64,000 bases of DNA from contig BCGN01000005.1 of NCBI GenBank assembly GCA_001599295.1, positions 1 to 64,000 on the forward strand, given 5' to 3'. The stretch comes from Sporopachydermia quercuum (taxonomy: Eukaryota). The notes below the pieces were generated by a model. That model searched no databases, was not told the origin of the DNA, and saw only the letters and a list, made by a program, of their open reading frames with translations. This document shows, one piece after another, positions 23,976 through 35,398 of the stretch. Within the stretch, counting starts at the first letter, position 1. Each line of letters begins with the position of its first letter. Position numbers and translations under genes: made by a program.

Positions 23976-26900
23976 TCATTCTTCTCCTAAATCACTAACT
24001 TCTCTTAATGCATCAAACCATTCATCATTTAATAACTCAACTGCTGTTGGTCTGATATTCGCATCAGAAATGAAGCAACGTTTTAGGAACTTCCTTCCTT
24101 GCTCTGATAATTGTTCTGCTGTTGGCAATGCCGGATAATGACCTGCTGCTACATGATACATGATTGCCCACTCATTATCTAAATTACTCCAAGGTCTTCT
24201 TGCAGTTGCCATTTCTAAAATTACACATCCTGCAGCCCAGATGTCAGGGGCTCCCTTATTTGATGTTTTACTACCAGTAATTGTCTCAGGTGACATATAC
24301 ATAGGTGTACCTGTCATTTTACCGGCATTACTACTTGCAGTACTTGCGTCCGTTCCACAATCACCTGCGCTTGTTCCTGAGGATCCAGCTGTTCCCAGAG
24401 TTCCGGATGTACCCGAAGCTCTTAACGATAATAGCGAGGTGCCTCGGCCATCTGGCCAGAGGACTTTTGCTGCTCCAAAATCAATCAATTTAAGTACTCC
24501 TGAATGATCTAACAGAATGTTTTCCGGCTTAATATCCCTATGAACAACTCCTGATTTATGCAGATAAGCGAGCCCTTCCAATAGCTGTAATGTATAAAAT
24601 TGAATCACTGTTTCGTCTTCAATTGGTCCGTGTTCTAACAAACCTGCCAATGATCCACCTTGACAGTATTCCATGAATAAATATACACGATCTCTATGCA
24701 CTTCAACACCGAAGAATTGAACAATATTCGGATGGTTTAACCGTTCTAGAACTGACATTTCGTCTCGGATTGATTGTCCAAGTGTTTTCAAGGCCTGTGA
24801 ATCATGGAACCGAATATCTTTCACTGCCATTAACCCACCGGTGTCCAAATTAATTGCTACATAAACCGAACCAAATGAGCCACCTCCGATGAATTTTCCT
24901 TGTTGCCATCGGATTGAAACTGAGGAGAGAGACGATGCAAGGGCAGTTAAAAATTGGTCTTCTTGCCGAGATGAGTCTAGAACTTTACCTACAACGTTTT
25001 GCGCTTCCGAAAATTCCCTTCTGGCAGCCTCAAGATTGGCTAGTTTTATCAATCGGTTGTCTTGTATCCGTTGTTCTAACTCCTCTTCTTGGTATGCTAA
25101 CCGTTCAATTGACTCTTGACGAGATTGTACCATTCGAAGTCTATCTGCTGCTGCTCTCCGAGCTCCCATAACGTCTACATGCGAAATCAAAATGCTCATA
25201 AGGTTACCGACACCTTGTTTAAGCCGGGCAAACTTAGGCTCTGAGATTCCCAATACATTTTTCTCCCATGTCATTTCCATCACAAAGTCTAGCGCGGTTA
25301 CAGCCCACCGGAACGTCTTCGGATCTGTTGGAACGCAGTCCTCATTGAGGAATGACACCCATTCTACTGCCAAAGTCATCATTTCCTCAATCAAGGGTTT
25401 TTTCCGATGGGGCTCTGTGTGCCGAGATATACTCAAGCCGAAATCTCGGCAAAAGATGAAAAGCGATTGTAACAAGTCCTGAACGGGTAAGTTCTCTCCT
25501 TGTTTGCGAATAACCGGAAGGCCTTGGATAACTCTGATTCCCAATAGGGTAAACTGTCGAGATATTTTATCCAGTTCCCGGTTAACTTTCGGCAATGAAC
25601 AACATCGCAGAACTATAGTTTCCATAATATCTGAGAATATAGCTTGGAAATTATGTCTGGCTTGTAATAATTCCCGGTATTGGCCCTCAACAATCAGCCG
25701 CATATGACCAGGCCGAAGGTCCGAGAATCGCTTCGGGGTACTAAGAGTTAATCGGTACACGTCGCCTGTCCAGGACACAGGATTCTGGACAGATATTCCG
25801 ATTACGTAGGCAGGGTTATTTTCAGACGGTTCGGTGCAGTTTTCACCTAACATTGCGTTTAGTCCAGAGTTATTGTAAACCTCAATTCCGCAGGATCGGA
25901 TGATCCGGTCAATGCGGTTTTTCCTTCCTGCTAAAGCGTTATTTCCAAACACATAAACTCCGTCAAGTTCTGTAACTCCATTGTAAATAAGGAAATGACC
26001 CGATTCGGCCAACCTGTTAAAAAACTCCGACTCGGCTTCACTAATACTTCTTCGGTTCCGAGTTTTCTCCCCATCCGATCCAATTTCATTTCCATCCGAC
26101 CCGAGTAGCCGAAGTTCACATGCATTCATAAACCGTAAACTCAAATTATTAGAAAACCTCAATAGCTTCCGCTGTAACCCACCCAAATTCTCAACAGTAC
26201 TTGTATACCAACCGGACATCTCATTAGCATCTTTCCATTTTGCTGGCCCTCGGAGTTGCATCTTTTGGTACGATAAGAGCCGAGATGCCAATTTTAGCAC
26301 CAACGAACTGAATTGTTCGGCTACTTCTACTCCGCCTCCGGGAACAACATCTCCAAGGTTTTTCAGGAATTCCCAGTGTTTCTCCAACTCATCCACTTCT
26401 TTGAAAGTTCTGAATGGCCGTAAAGAATCCAATAACTTTTTACCTAATAAAGAAAGAAAGAAATGCACACATTGCAGCATAGCTGCATTAAATTTCTCAT
26501 TATCTGTAGCTTTTGATGCATAATTCGGTTGCCAATTTTCCTTTGGAGTGAAAAACACGTCAACTTTGTTCTTAATTTGCATCGATAACCGAATATATGT
26601 TGCAAAATCGTTGATTAGCGTGTCAATGATCATGTAGGTCAATGCGGGTAAGCTGCGGGCATATGCAATTCTAATGCGGATCACTTCTTGCATTAGTCTC
26701 CTTGGAAATAAGACCAATACAAATAAATCCTCTACATAACTTGGTAGTTTCATAGCTATGAAAAGGTCGAACATTTCAATGGCAGTTCTTTTCGCTTTAA
26801 TTGCCAGACATTCGTATTTTTCTATTATAATCTTCTCAATAAACGTATCCAATTCAGGGTACTGTTTTAGTATTGATTCGGCAAACGATGATCCCGTCGG

Positions 26901-28826
26901 ATCGTTGGTAGGAGTTGATCCGTTGATTCCGATATTAAGGGTTGCATTGGGAACAGTGCCCGTCGTAGAGGTTACCTCGGGTACTAGTGCTCCGTTCTCA
27001 ACGGAACTAGAACCAGCGACCAATAGCGAGCTCTCGGAAACCATTGATACCCCGCCTCCTAAACTCTTCCGAGCTCTCGGAGCACTGACATCCAATTCAT
27101 CATTTCCTATCTCCTTTTTCATCCGATTCTTCACGTCCCGAATACTAGTAGTTATGTAGTACCATGCCATCATAGCATCGAACCGTTGTAAATGTTCTAG
27201 TTCCAATTGCGCGTATTTCGATTCCAACATGTCGGATAAAGTAGGCCAGAATCGGGTCCGCGCCCAAGCCTTATCTAGGGCTTCGGCCACTTGTTCAACT
27301 GCTGGCGGATCGGACTCGGATGTTTTGCAAACGAAATTTTTACTTTCATTCATAATAGCAGTGGAAGCGGCACGGTTGAATTCAATAATCTGTTCCTCGG
27401 TTTTAACGTCCCGTTTATGGATTTTGGCNTGTAATTCTATCCAAAGCCGCTGACTAAATTGTGCTTTAGCAAACGCTACATCGTTACTGGTTCCGGTTAT
27501 TCGGGTTTTCTCAGAACGGACCACGTCACCGGTTAAAACAGTTTGGAGCATTAATTGCCAAGCTCGGCGTTGGATTTGTTCTTCTTCCGGCAAGGAGTCC
27601 TGTAAGGAGACAGCTTGAGTTGGTGAATTTGGTTGGGTTGATCGGGGATCTGGGTTTACGGATGCTTCAGCTTCGATTGCTAATTGGAGATCATTTCCGA
27701 TATTACCAAAATTGGACTGATTGTTCCGACCTTTCGGCCGACCCGAAGAAAGAGCAGAGTCGTCCTCAGGTTCGGAATAACTATCGGAGGTTTCGGTTGT
27801 TCCATCCAATTCATTTGTGGTTATTGGCTGAGTGTAATACTCGTCAAACTGGTGGGTCATTAACTTCCAATATGACTGAGCTAATTTGTAAGCTTCAGCC
27901 GCTGGTGGGGCATTTGTTTGATGAGCGGTATGATGAGAGGTTCCGTGTTTTCTTTGGATTGTGTGTTGCTGAGGATTGTTAAAACTTCTACCCCGCGCTC
28001 GGTTCCGGCTTGATCCCGAAGAAACTGACGAGGTAACTGATCCAGTTGCCATTCCACCGCCAGAGAGGATCGGAGACGCCGTTGCCGTCGTGGATGCAGT
28101 GGTCGGAGCACCAGCGGTTCCAGAAGCCGAAGATTGAGTTGAACCCAGTGCCGGCCGGTTATGCCGATTGGGTGCATAAGTGCCTTTCATAGACATCCCG
28201 CTTGACAGCCGGCCCGGCGAAAGCTGCCGAGTAGCACTCCCTAGAGCCGAGATGTCCGATTCTGACCGGAGTACTGCGGGCGAATGTCCATGTGATTCCT
28301 GATAATACTGTTCCTGTAGCGCGTCTATCGTTTGCACGTTCATGTTCTGCATAGTGGCATTTGGTGATGCATTGTTCGAATGGGGAGGGGTATTCGCTGC
28401 GGAACCCGACGGAGATAACATGTTTGGCCTTCGGAGAGGTTGTTGCTGATGGGTAATATAAGGCGTTGTTACGGATCGAGGATTGCCAGGCCGAGATTGA
28501 AGATCGGAATTATGCCCGGACTGATCCGAAGAATCTTGGGGGTGATATTGATAGTCCCGCTCGTCCATGTTGAAGGAAGAAGAGCGTTTATTTTCAGCGC
28601 TTGAATAAGATAGCCCCGCGGCCGAAGCAGAAGAAGTAGCCACAGAAGGATAACCCCCAGAAGGAGGGGTAGGAAAAAAACCGCTTTGGTAAGGGCTTGG
28701 TGGGCTTTCTGGGACCGCTGCTGATATAAGAGTAGCGCCTTTTGGACCTATGGGGCTTCCTAAGTCTGTGTTTTCGGTACTCTGAGGGTTCTGGGGCCCT
28801 TTTGGGGTATTGTTCCAGGATGACAT
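23976..28826 (-). CDS. SSK2: MAP kinase kinase kinase of the HOG pathway (Ssk2/Ssk22)
   Basis: WQLMLQTVLTGDVVRSEK N-terminal domain; C-terminal kinase WQQGKFIGGGSFGSVY, HRDIKPEN, DFG, WSNLDNEWAIMYHV. First ATG at 28826. RSA4-SSK22 synteny. Confidence 0.95.
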   Translation of the reverse strand: MSSWNNTPKGPQNPQSTENTDLGSPIGPKGATLISAAVPESPPSPYQSGFFPTPPSGGYPSVATSSASAAGLSYSSAENKRSSSFNMDERDYQYHPQDSSDQSGHNSDLQSRPGNPRSVTTPYITHQQQPLRRPNMLSPSGSAANTPPHSNNASPNATMQNMNVQTIDALQEQYYQESHGHSPAVLRSESDISALGSATRQLSPGRLSSGMSMKGTYAPNRHNRPALGSTQSSASGTAGAPTTASTTATASPILSGGGMATGSVTSSVSSGSSRNRARGRSFNNPQQHTIQRKHGTSHHTAHQTNAPPAAEAYKLAQSYWKLMTHQFDEYYTQPITTNELDGTTETSDSYSEPEDDSALSSGRPKGRNNQSNFGNIGNDLQLAIEAEASVNPDPRSTQPNSPTQAVSLQDSLPEEEQIQRRAWQLMLQTVLTGDVVRSEKTRITGTSNDVAFAKAQFSQRLWIELXAKIHKRDVKTEEQIIEFNRAASTAIMNESKNFVCKTSESDPPAVEQVAEALDKAWARTRFWPTLSDMLESKYAQLELEHLQRFDAMMAWYYITTSIRDVKNRMKKEIGNDELDVSAPRARKSLGGGVSMVSESSLLVAGSSSVENGALVPEVTSTTGTVPNATLNIGINGSTPTNDPTGSSFAESILKQYPELDTFIEKIIIEKYECLAIKAKRTAIEMFDLFIAMKLPSYVEDLFVLVLFPRRLMQEVIRIRIAYARSLPALTYMIIDTLINDFATYIRLSMQIKNKVDVFFTPKENWQPNYASKATDNEKFNAAMLQCVHFFLSLLGKKLLDSLRPFRTFKEVDELEKHWEFLKNLGDVVPGGGVEVAEQFSSLVLKLASRLLSYQKMQLRGPAKWKDANEMSGWYTSTVENLGGLQRKLLRFSNNLSLRFMNACELRLLGSDGNEIGSDGEKTRNRRSISEAESEFFNRLAESGHFLIYNGVTELDGVYVFGNNALAGRKNRIDRIIRSCGIEVYNNSGLNAMLGENCTEPSENNPAYVIGISVQNPVSWTGDVYRLTLSTPKRFSDLRPGHMRLIVEGQYRELLQARHNFQAIFSDIMETIVLRCCSLPKVNRELDKISRQFTLLGIRVIQGLPVIRKQGENLPVQDLLQSLFIFCRDFGLSISRHTEPHRKKPLIEEMMTLAVEWVSFLNEDCVPTDPKTFRWAVTALDFVMEMTWEKNVLGISEPKFARLKQGVGNLMSILISHVDVMGARRAAADRLRMVQSRQESIERLAYQEEELEQRIQDNRLIKLANLEAARREFSEAQNVVGKVLDSSRQEDQFLTALASSLSSVSIRWQQGKFIGGGSFGSVYVAINLDTGGLMAVKDIRFHDSQALKTLGQSIRDEMSVLERLNHPNIVQFFGVEVHRDRVYLFMEYCQGGSLAGLLEHGPIEDETVIQFYTLQLLEGLAYLHKSGVVHRDIKPENILLDHSGVLKLIDFGAAKVLWPDGRGTSLLSLRASGTSGTLGTAGSSGTSAGDCGTDASTASSNAGKMTGTPMYMSPETITGSKTSNKGAPDIWAAGCVILEMATARRPWSNLDNEWAIMYHVAAGHYPALPTAEQLSEQGRKFLKRCFISDANIRPTAVELLNDEWFDALREVSDLGEE

Positions 28827-29317
28827 AGTAAGATTCGCAATCGAGTTAGGAAATACCGAAATTCGGATGTGCCGAGATACCACGGAGTATGAGGAGCTCC
28901 AGAGGGTATTTTAAAGAATAGTTGAAGAGGAAAAATAAGTGATCGTGGAAGTAGTTAGGTTTGTGAATTGTGATTTGATTACACAATGGGATGTGATGTG
29001 GTTAATAGGCACAAACCGAGGAAAGGATTGAGTGTCCGAAAGAGCTGGTGTATAAAACGGGGCCAAATTCAAATCAGAGAGTTTTGGTTAGTTAAAGATT
29101 GAAAGGAGATTGAATCTGGATAAATTGAGGTAACTGATACTAAAAATATAAGCCGGTTAACTGCAGGTGTTTTAAGGATTAGGAGTGATGATAAGGTGAA
29201 GTATATTGCTAAACAGGACAGGTAGGACAATAGGACAAAAAAGGGCCATTGATTTGGATTTAGTGGCTATTGATGATGTAAGCAAGAAGTAATAGGGATT
29301 GTCATGAGACTAAGAAC

Positions 29318-29343
29318 ATGTCCGAAAGATGTCCGAAAGATGT
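29318..29343. repeat. Tandem 11-bp repeat ATGTCCGAAAG (about 2.4 copies) in the SSK2/AGX1 divergent promoter
   Basis: atgtccgaaag atgtccgaaag atgt. Confidence 0.75.
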
Positions 29344-29958
29344 AACATACCTGAAAGATAGCAAAAAGGACTCAGATGATTTAAGATAATAGGCATAACC
29401 AGTATCAATGGGAAAGTACAGAGAGAGGCATATTAAACGGTTGTAAGCAATAAATTTCCATATTTCGAATTGCTGTCTAGCGAAAACTCACCATTTTCAA
29501 CCGCTTGCATGCTTTAATGTCCCATCCGTTCACTTATTATTTGAAACTGTCCAATAACAGATATCAGTAATGTCTCTCTGTCCAACGCTTTCATTGTCCA
29601 ATTTCACATGCCTTCTTGTAGCGTATTCTATCGGACTAAATCCTACTTCCAATACACTTTGTCCTTTCCCCACACTGTCCTGTCCGCAAATTTTACCAAA
29701 CGGTTCTGAATTTATCCTTTTCCAGTTCCAAATCCAACATGCCGAAAACATCAGCTCCTTCTGATGATTCATCGTATTATTTATCCATTACTTTCCGATA
29801 TAAGACCATTACCATACTCTATACGCTATATCTAATGCAAATTCTCGACAATTAAATCAGTTGGTATTTGATCTTTCAAGAATAGCATTTTTACTCTACA
29901 ACAACTAAGTATTTACTTACATCATTATTGACTATCCTAGTGATTTTAAAATAGATTG

Positions 29959-31239
29959 ATGTTTACTAGCAATTTACTAAGCAAAGTAAGTAAGATCAGC
30001 AGTCGAGCTTACAACAAAAGGATTATTCAGAATCAGTGCACAAGGACGTTTTCTAACGTAACAAGAGTACAATTCAAAAATAGCAAGATGGTTTCCAAAC
30101 AAGCAGAACATCCATTGACCATGATTCCCGGTCCTATTGAGTTCACCGATGAAGTCTTGGACTCAATGTCCACTCCTTCACAAGCTCATACATCTCCTCA
30201 ATTTATTGCTACATTCCAATCTGCTTTACAAAAATTGAGAAAACTCTTTATTTCTACAGATCCTGAAGCTCAACCTTTCGTTATTGCTGGTTCTGGTACT
30301 TTAGGCTGGGATATCACTGCTACCAATTTCATCAATCCTGGTGATGATGTCTTAGTATTGGTTTCTGGTTATTTTGGTGATTCTTTTGCTGATTGTTTGA
30401 AGATCTATGGTGCTAATGTTACTAAAATCGAAGCTGAAGTTGGTGATGAAGTTTCCCTTGATAAAGTAGAGAAAGAACTCATTAACAAGAAGTATAGATT
30501 AGTCACTGTTACTCACGTTGATACATCTACTGGTGTTTTGGCAAATATTGAAGCTGTTGCTAAGTTAGTGAAGGAAAAGAGTCCTGAAACTTTTGTTGTT
30601 GTTGATGGTGTTTGCTCTGTTGGTGTGGAAGAGATTCAATTCGATAAATGGGGTCTTGATTTTGTCTTAACTGCTTCTCAAAAGGCCATTGGAGTCCCAG
30701 CTGGTCTATCTATTTCCTATGCTTCTAGCAGAGCTGTTGATTTTGCCTTGAACAGAGCTACAGATTCTTCATACTTTGCTAACTTAAAGAAATGGACGCC
30801 TATCATGAGAAATTATGAAGCTGGTAAGCCATCTTATTTTGCTACTCCTGCTGTTCAATCTGTCACTGCTTTGAACACCTCTTTAACCCAAATTTTGTCA
30901 TCTCCTTTATCTGATCGTTTTGAAGTTCATGAGAAAGCTTCTAATGATTTCAAGGATAATATTGAGGGTTTAGGCTTGAAGTTAGTCTCTAAGAGACTTG
31001 TTTCTGCCAATGGATTATCAGCTATCTTCCTACCCGAAGGTATTGAAAACAGTCAGTTGTTACCATTGATTGCCAAGAAGAACATTGTTCTTGCTGGTGG
31101 TTTACATAAGGCATTCCCTACCAGATATTTCAGAGTTGGCCATATGGGTATTTCTGTTACTGGTGAAGGAAGAACTGATCTTGAGCAAACATTCAATGCT
31201 ATCAAGTCAAGTTTAGAAGAGCTTGGCTACAAGAAATAA
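29959..31239 (+). CDS. AGX1: Alanine:glyoxylate aminotransferase (class V PLP) with an N-terminal presequence-like extension
   Basis: LTMIPGPIEF, AGSGTLGWD, THVDTSTG, DGVCS, PLP lysine in TASQKA, FRVGHMG. In-frame ATGs at 29959 and 30088. Confidence 0.94.
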   Translation: MFTSNLLSKVSKISSRAYNKRIIQNQCTRTFSNVTRVQFKNSKMVSKQAEHPLTMIPGPIEFTDEVLDSMSTPSQAHTSPQFIATFQSALQKLRKLFISTDPEAQPFVIAGSGTLGWDITATNFINPGDDVLVLVSGYFGDSFADCLKIYGANVTKIEAEVGDEVSLDKVEKELINKKYRLVTVTHVDTSTGVLANIEAVAKLVKEKSPETFVVVDGVCSVGVEEIQFDKWGLDFVLTASQKAIGVPAGLSISYASSRAVDFALNRATDSSYFANLKKWTPIMRNYEAGKPSYFATPAVQSVTALNTSLTQILSSPLSDRFEVHEKASNDFKDNIEGLGLKLVSKRLVSANGLSAIFLPEGIENSQLLPLIAKKNIVLAGGLHKAFPTRYFRVGHMGISVTGEGRTDLEQTFNAIKSSLEELGYKK

Positions 31240-32805
31240 CCTCTTTTTTTATGAAATGTCAACGACAAATGATTGGGCTGTCGTATAAGTTATTACGAAC
31301 TAAAAAGGACATACAGATGATTCGATGGTGTAATTTGTTTGATTTGTAAGCAAGTAGACGCATCTCACAACAAGGACACCACTCTAAATACCATGGAACC
31401 CCCATGAACCGTACAACAGTAAGAATTTGGTACCAGAAACCACTGATTAATACTTTAGAATCTAATTAAGTCATTTTGCTTCCTATTTCCAGTTTTCTTT
31501 ACATCCTTGCTTACTTTATTCACGTTTTCATTGACTCTTCATTATAATGGTTCTATGACCTGTAATGAGACACTGCTCATCAGTACAATACATGTGTACT
31601 GATTGACTCAGGAATGAGCCACTTGGTCCCGAGTAGATTTAGGAATCTCCTGAGAAATGAATTGACATCAACTGGTTGCTGTAGATTGAATAGTGAGATT
31701 GTATGCAGAAAAGATGTAAATAGCGTTAGGAAGGGTAAAGCTATCGTCTGCCAGTGATTTTGCAAACTTGACACGAGTTTCTTTAATGATGATGATGATG
31801 AGTTTGCTATTATGTCGTTGCATTATTGTGATTCGAATATGCTAGCTATTACTTGTTGATAATATGCACGAGTATGCATTGTATCAGTAAATTACCGCAT
31901 TTTGCATAAACCATTCTGGCATATGGTTAACAAGATCTGTCAAGGTTAAACAACAAGTGATAATCGCTTTCGATTTGAGGCAAATACTTAAAAAGTATAT
32001 CTCTTACGCTAACTTATGTAAAATGTTTAAATGCTTCACATTCAAAACCTTTCCTCAACCTACTTAATTCTTACCATTGAGCTACCGGATGTCAATGGAA
32101 ACAACTCTTCTGTATATATATATGCAAGGCATGAGTTGTAAAATTTTCAATTACATGTTCTCTACATTTTGAATTCTATCATGAACATCTTCACACAGAT
32201 GCCTCATCATAGAGCAGTAAAAATTGTCTTAGTTTGGCTCAAATCTCTTTCTATAACTTTAAATGTACTCAACTAACTATTGTGTTACAGGAAAATCTGC
32301 AAAGGGCTTAAGATCACTGTAAGAATGAATCTCTCTATACCTGTTCACACACTCTCATGTACATTTCGCCATTATTGCACCACCTTACATACAGTACACC
32401 CATAACTTTGAACCTTATATTTTTTCACACATTCCCTGAAAAAACTTCTTCCTTAATAAATTTTATTCATAGCATCTTAGCGCTTAGTTGCCTACTTTTC
32501 TTCTTACGAATTCAGTTGAAAAATTCAATAGAGAATCACTAGAGATCTAACATCAGTTATTAATCAATCATTAATAGTCTGCAATATTAAAAAGTTACTG
32601 ATCAGAAAACTTTTAATACTAAAGATACCGCTAGAGATCAAAGGAATAATATAGTAGCTAAGGGAAGCACATATTATAACTTTGTGATATACAGGCAGTT
32701 GGAAGACAGGAATAATTTTTAAAAGAACCTTTTTTCAAGATTCCCGGCGCAGATTTAACTGTAAGCAATTCTGCTTCTTCCCCTCCTTCGAAGAAACAAA
32801 AGAAA

Positions 32806-34215
32806 ATGCCTTATGCATTGAGTGAAGCCCACAAGAAAATGACCCTTGGTCATTTGTCTGAAGTCGATCCTGATGTTAAGAGCATTATTGATGATGAAAT
32901 CGACCGTCAAAAGCATTCTATTGTTTTGATTGCTTCTGAAAACTTCACCACAACTTCAGTTTTCGATGCTTTGGGAACACCAATGTGCAACAAGTACTCT
33001 GAAGGTTACCCTGGTGCTAGATACTATGGTGGTAATGAACATATTGACCGTATGGAATTATTATGCCAACAAAGAGCCTTAGATGCTTTCCATGTTACTC
33101 CTGATAAATGGGGTGTCAATGTTCAAACATTGTCAGGTTCTCCTGCTAACTTACAGGTTTACCAAGCCATTATGAAGCCTCACGATAGATTGATGGGTCT
33201 TGATTTACCTCATGGTGGTCATTTGTCTCATGGTTATCAAACCGATACCAGAAAGATTTCCGCTGTTTCTACATATTTCGAGACGATGCCTTACAGAGTT
33301 GACTTGGAAACTGGTATCATTGATTACGACATGTTGGAAAAGACCGCTGTTCTATTCAGACCTAAAGTTCTTGTTGCTGGCACTTCTGCTTACTGCAGGT
33401 TGATTGACTACAAGAGAATGAGAGAAATTGCCGATAAGGTTGGTGCTTATCTCGTTGTTGATATGGCCCACATTTCTGGTTTGGTTGCAGCTCAAGTCAT
33501 TCCTTCTCCTTTTGAATACGCTGATATTGTCACCACAACTACCCACAAGTCTCTTAGAGGTCCAAGAGGTGCTATGATCTTCTTCAGAAGGGGTGTCAGA
33601 TCTGTCAACCCTAAGACTGGTAAGGAAATCCTTTACGACTTGGAAAACCCTATCAATTTCTCTGTGTTCCCTGGTCATCAAGGTGGCCCTCATAACCACA
33701 CTATTGCTGCTTTAGCAGTTGCTCTAAAACAGGCCCAAACTCCTGAATTTAAGGAATACCAAGAACAAGTTATTAAGAACGCTAAGACATTAGAGGCCCA
33801 ATTCAAGGCTCTTGGCTACAAGCTTGTTTCTGATGGAACTGATTCTCACATGGTTCTCGTTTCTTTAAGAGACAAGGGAATTGATGGAGCCAGAATTGAA
33901 TATGTCTGTGAAAATATGAACATAGCCCTTAACAAGAACTCTATCCCTGGTGATAAGTCTGCTTTAGTTCCCGGAGGCATCAGAATTGGTGCTCCAGCCA
34001 TGACTACCAGAGGTATGGGTGAAGAAGATTTCAAGAAGATTGCTGATTACATTGACAAGGCTGTCAGATATGCCAAGCAAGTTCAAGAATCTTTACCTAA
34101 AGATGCTAACAAACTTAAGGATTTCAAGGCTGCTATCAACGCTGGTTCTGAAGAACTTACTCAATGGAAAAAGGAAATCTACGATTGGGCTGGTGAATTC
34201 CCATTGGCTGTTTGA
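32806..34215 (+). CDS. SHM2: Cytosolic serine hydroxymethyltransferase
   Basis: [10 protein letters not shown]-terminus without a presequence, [20 protein letters not shown]; highly biased codon usage. Confidence 0.97.
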   Translation: MPYALSEAHKKMTLGHLSEVDPDVKSIIDDEIDRQKHSIVLIASENFTTTSVFDALGTPMCNKYSEGYPGARYYGGNEHIDRMELLCQQRALDAFHVTPDKWGVNVQTLSGSPANLQVYQAIMKPHDRLMGLDLPHGGHLSHGYQTDTRKISAVSTYFETMPYRVDLETGIIDYDMLEKTAVLFRPKVLVAGTSAYCRLIDYKRMREIADKVGAYLVVDMAHISGLVAAQVIPSPFEYADIVTTTTHKSLRGPRGAMIFFRRGVRSVNPKTGKEILYDLENPINFSVFPGHQGGPHNHTIAALAVALKQAQTPEFKEYQEQVIKNAKTLEAQFKALGYKLVSDGTDSHMVLVSLRDKGIDGARIEYVCENMNIALNKNSIPGDKSALVPGGIRIGAPAMTTRGMGEEDFKKIADYIDKAVRYAKQVQESLPKDANKLKDFKAAINAGSEELTQWKKEIYDWAGEFPLAV

Positions 34216-35398
34216 GTCCAATGGTAATGGTAATGTAAACTTGGGAATGCATAACGTGATATTTTACTGATTTTTTTCCAGTTTTATGTTCTTTCTGTCG
34301 TTACAACTTGATTATTGGATATTACGTGTATATATAGCTATCACAGCTTTCAACAAAGGTGTGGTTTTGTTTCTAATCGGCTTAATGATTCTTTCTCTTT
34401 AATCAAGGTCATCATTTTTACTATCACTTGTTCAGGATGTTATGCTTATCCGTATAATCTAGTTTCTCAATTTTCTATTAAAAACATTGATTCATTTCAA
34501 CATAATCAATTTCAATTATTGTATATTAAACTTGTTATAATTGTAGATAGCATGAAGCCATACTCCTTTTCTATCAATATTGCCTGCCTTATAGTGCTCA
34601 TATTTAAAATGACATAATCAACAAATGATTCCCATCCTCAATAGAGAATGATCACATGATCATTAAGTACTCCAAAATATTTCAGACCAAAAAATTATTT
34701 TCGCAACGTCGTTTGTAGGTTTAACTTGCATGACTATGCATTCCCTACATAAGACAGATGCATATTCAATTATTACTTTTTATGGTAATTTCCCTTATTA
34801 TCTAACATTTTTCCTTAGTTTGGGACTTCTTTTACGAGCCATCAGGGAATCAAATAAAAGATCTGAACTTGTGATGAGCAATTCTGGAAAAAATCTTTTA
34901 TAGCAGAAATAGAAATGAAGTTAGTTTCAAATATATAAGACTGAATTGTTGGCTATTAGGAGAAACTTTCTGAGTTTTGAGAGTAATATTTGATACAAAT
35001 GACATGATAGTACCGGATAGATAGAAATAGATTGACAGGTGGCAGGATAATCATTGGGAGTAGGGGATAGATAGAAATAAATAGAATACAATCTTGTTGG
35101 TTCTTGATTGAGATCGTGAAAATAGATCACGGCAAAAACAAAAGAATAGAGAAGGATCTAAGTATTGGAGTATCGCTTGCAAGATTAAAATCTAGAGGTG
35201 GATCAGCATACTATGATAAAGATAACCAGCAGACGGTAGCGGGAACAAGGTCTAAGAATTATCTACTAAACATCATTGTACATTGCATGCACTTCCTCAC
35301 CATTTGCATAATCATCGCATATTGCATATTACTGTCAGTTTTATTAGCCCTGGCCTAGATTAACATCAAAGGATCAGACGTCATATATACCGTTCAAA

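Noticed and set aside
23976..28826. SSK2 as a horizontally acquired gene because of its odd codon usage
   Set aside because: It sits in the ancestral IMG2-RSA4-SSK2 order, and the CCG/CGG bias extends into flanking intergenic DNA.
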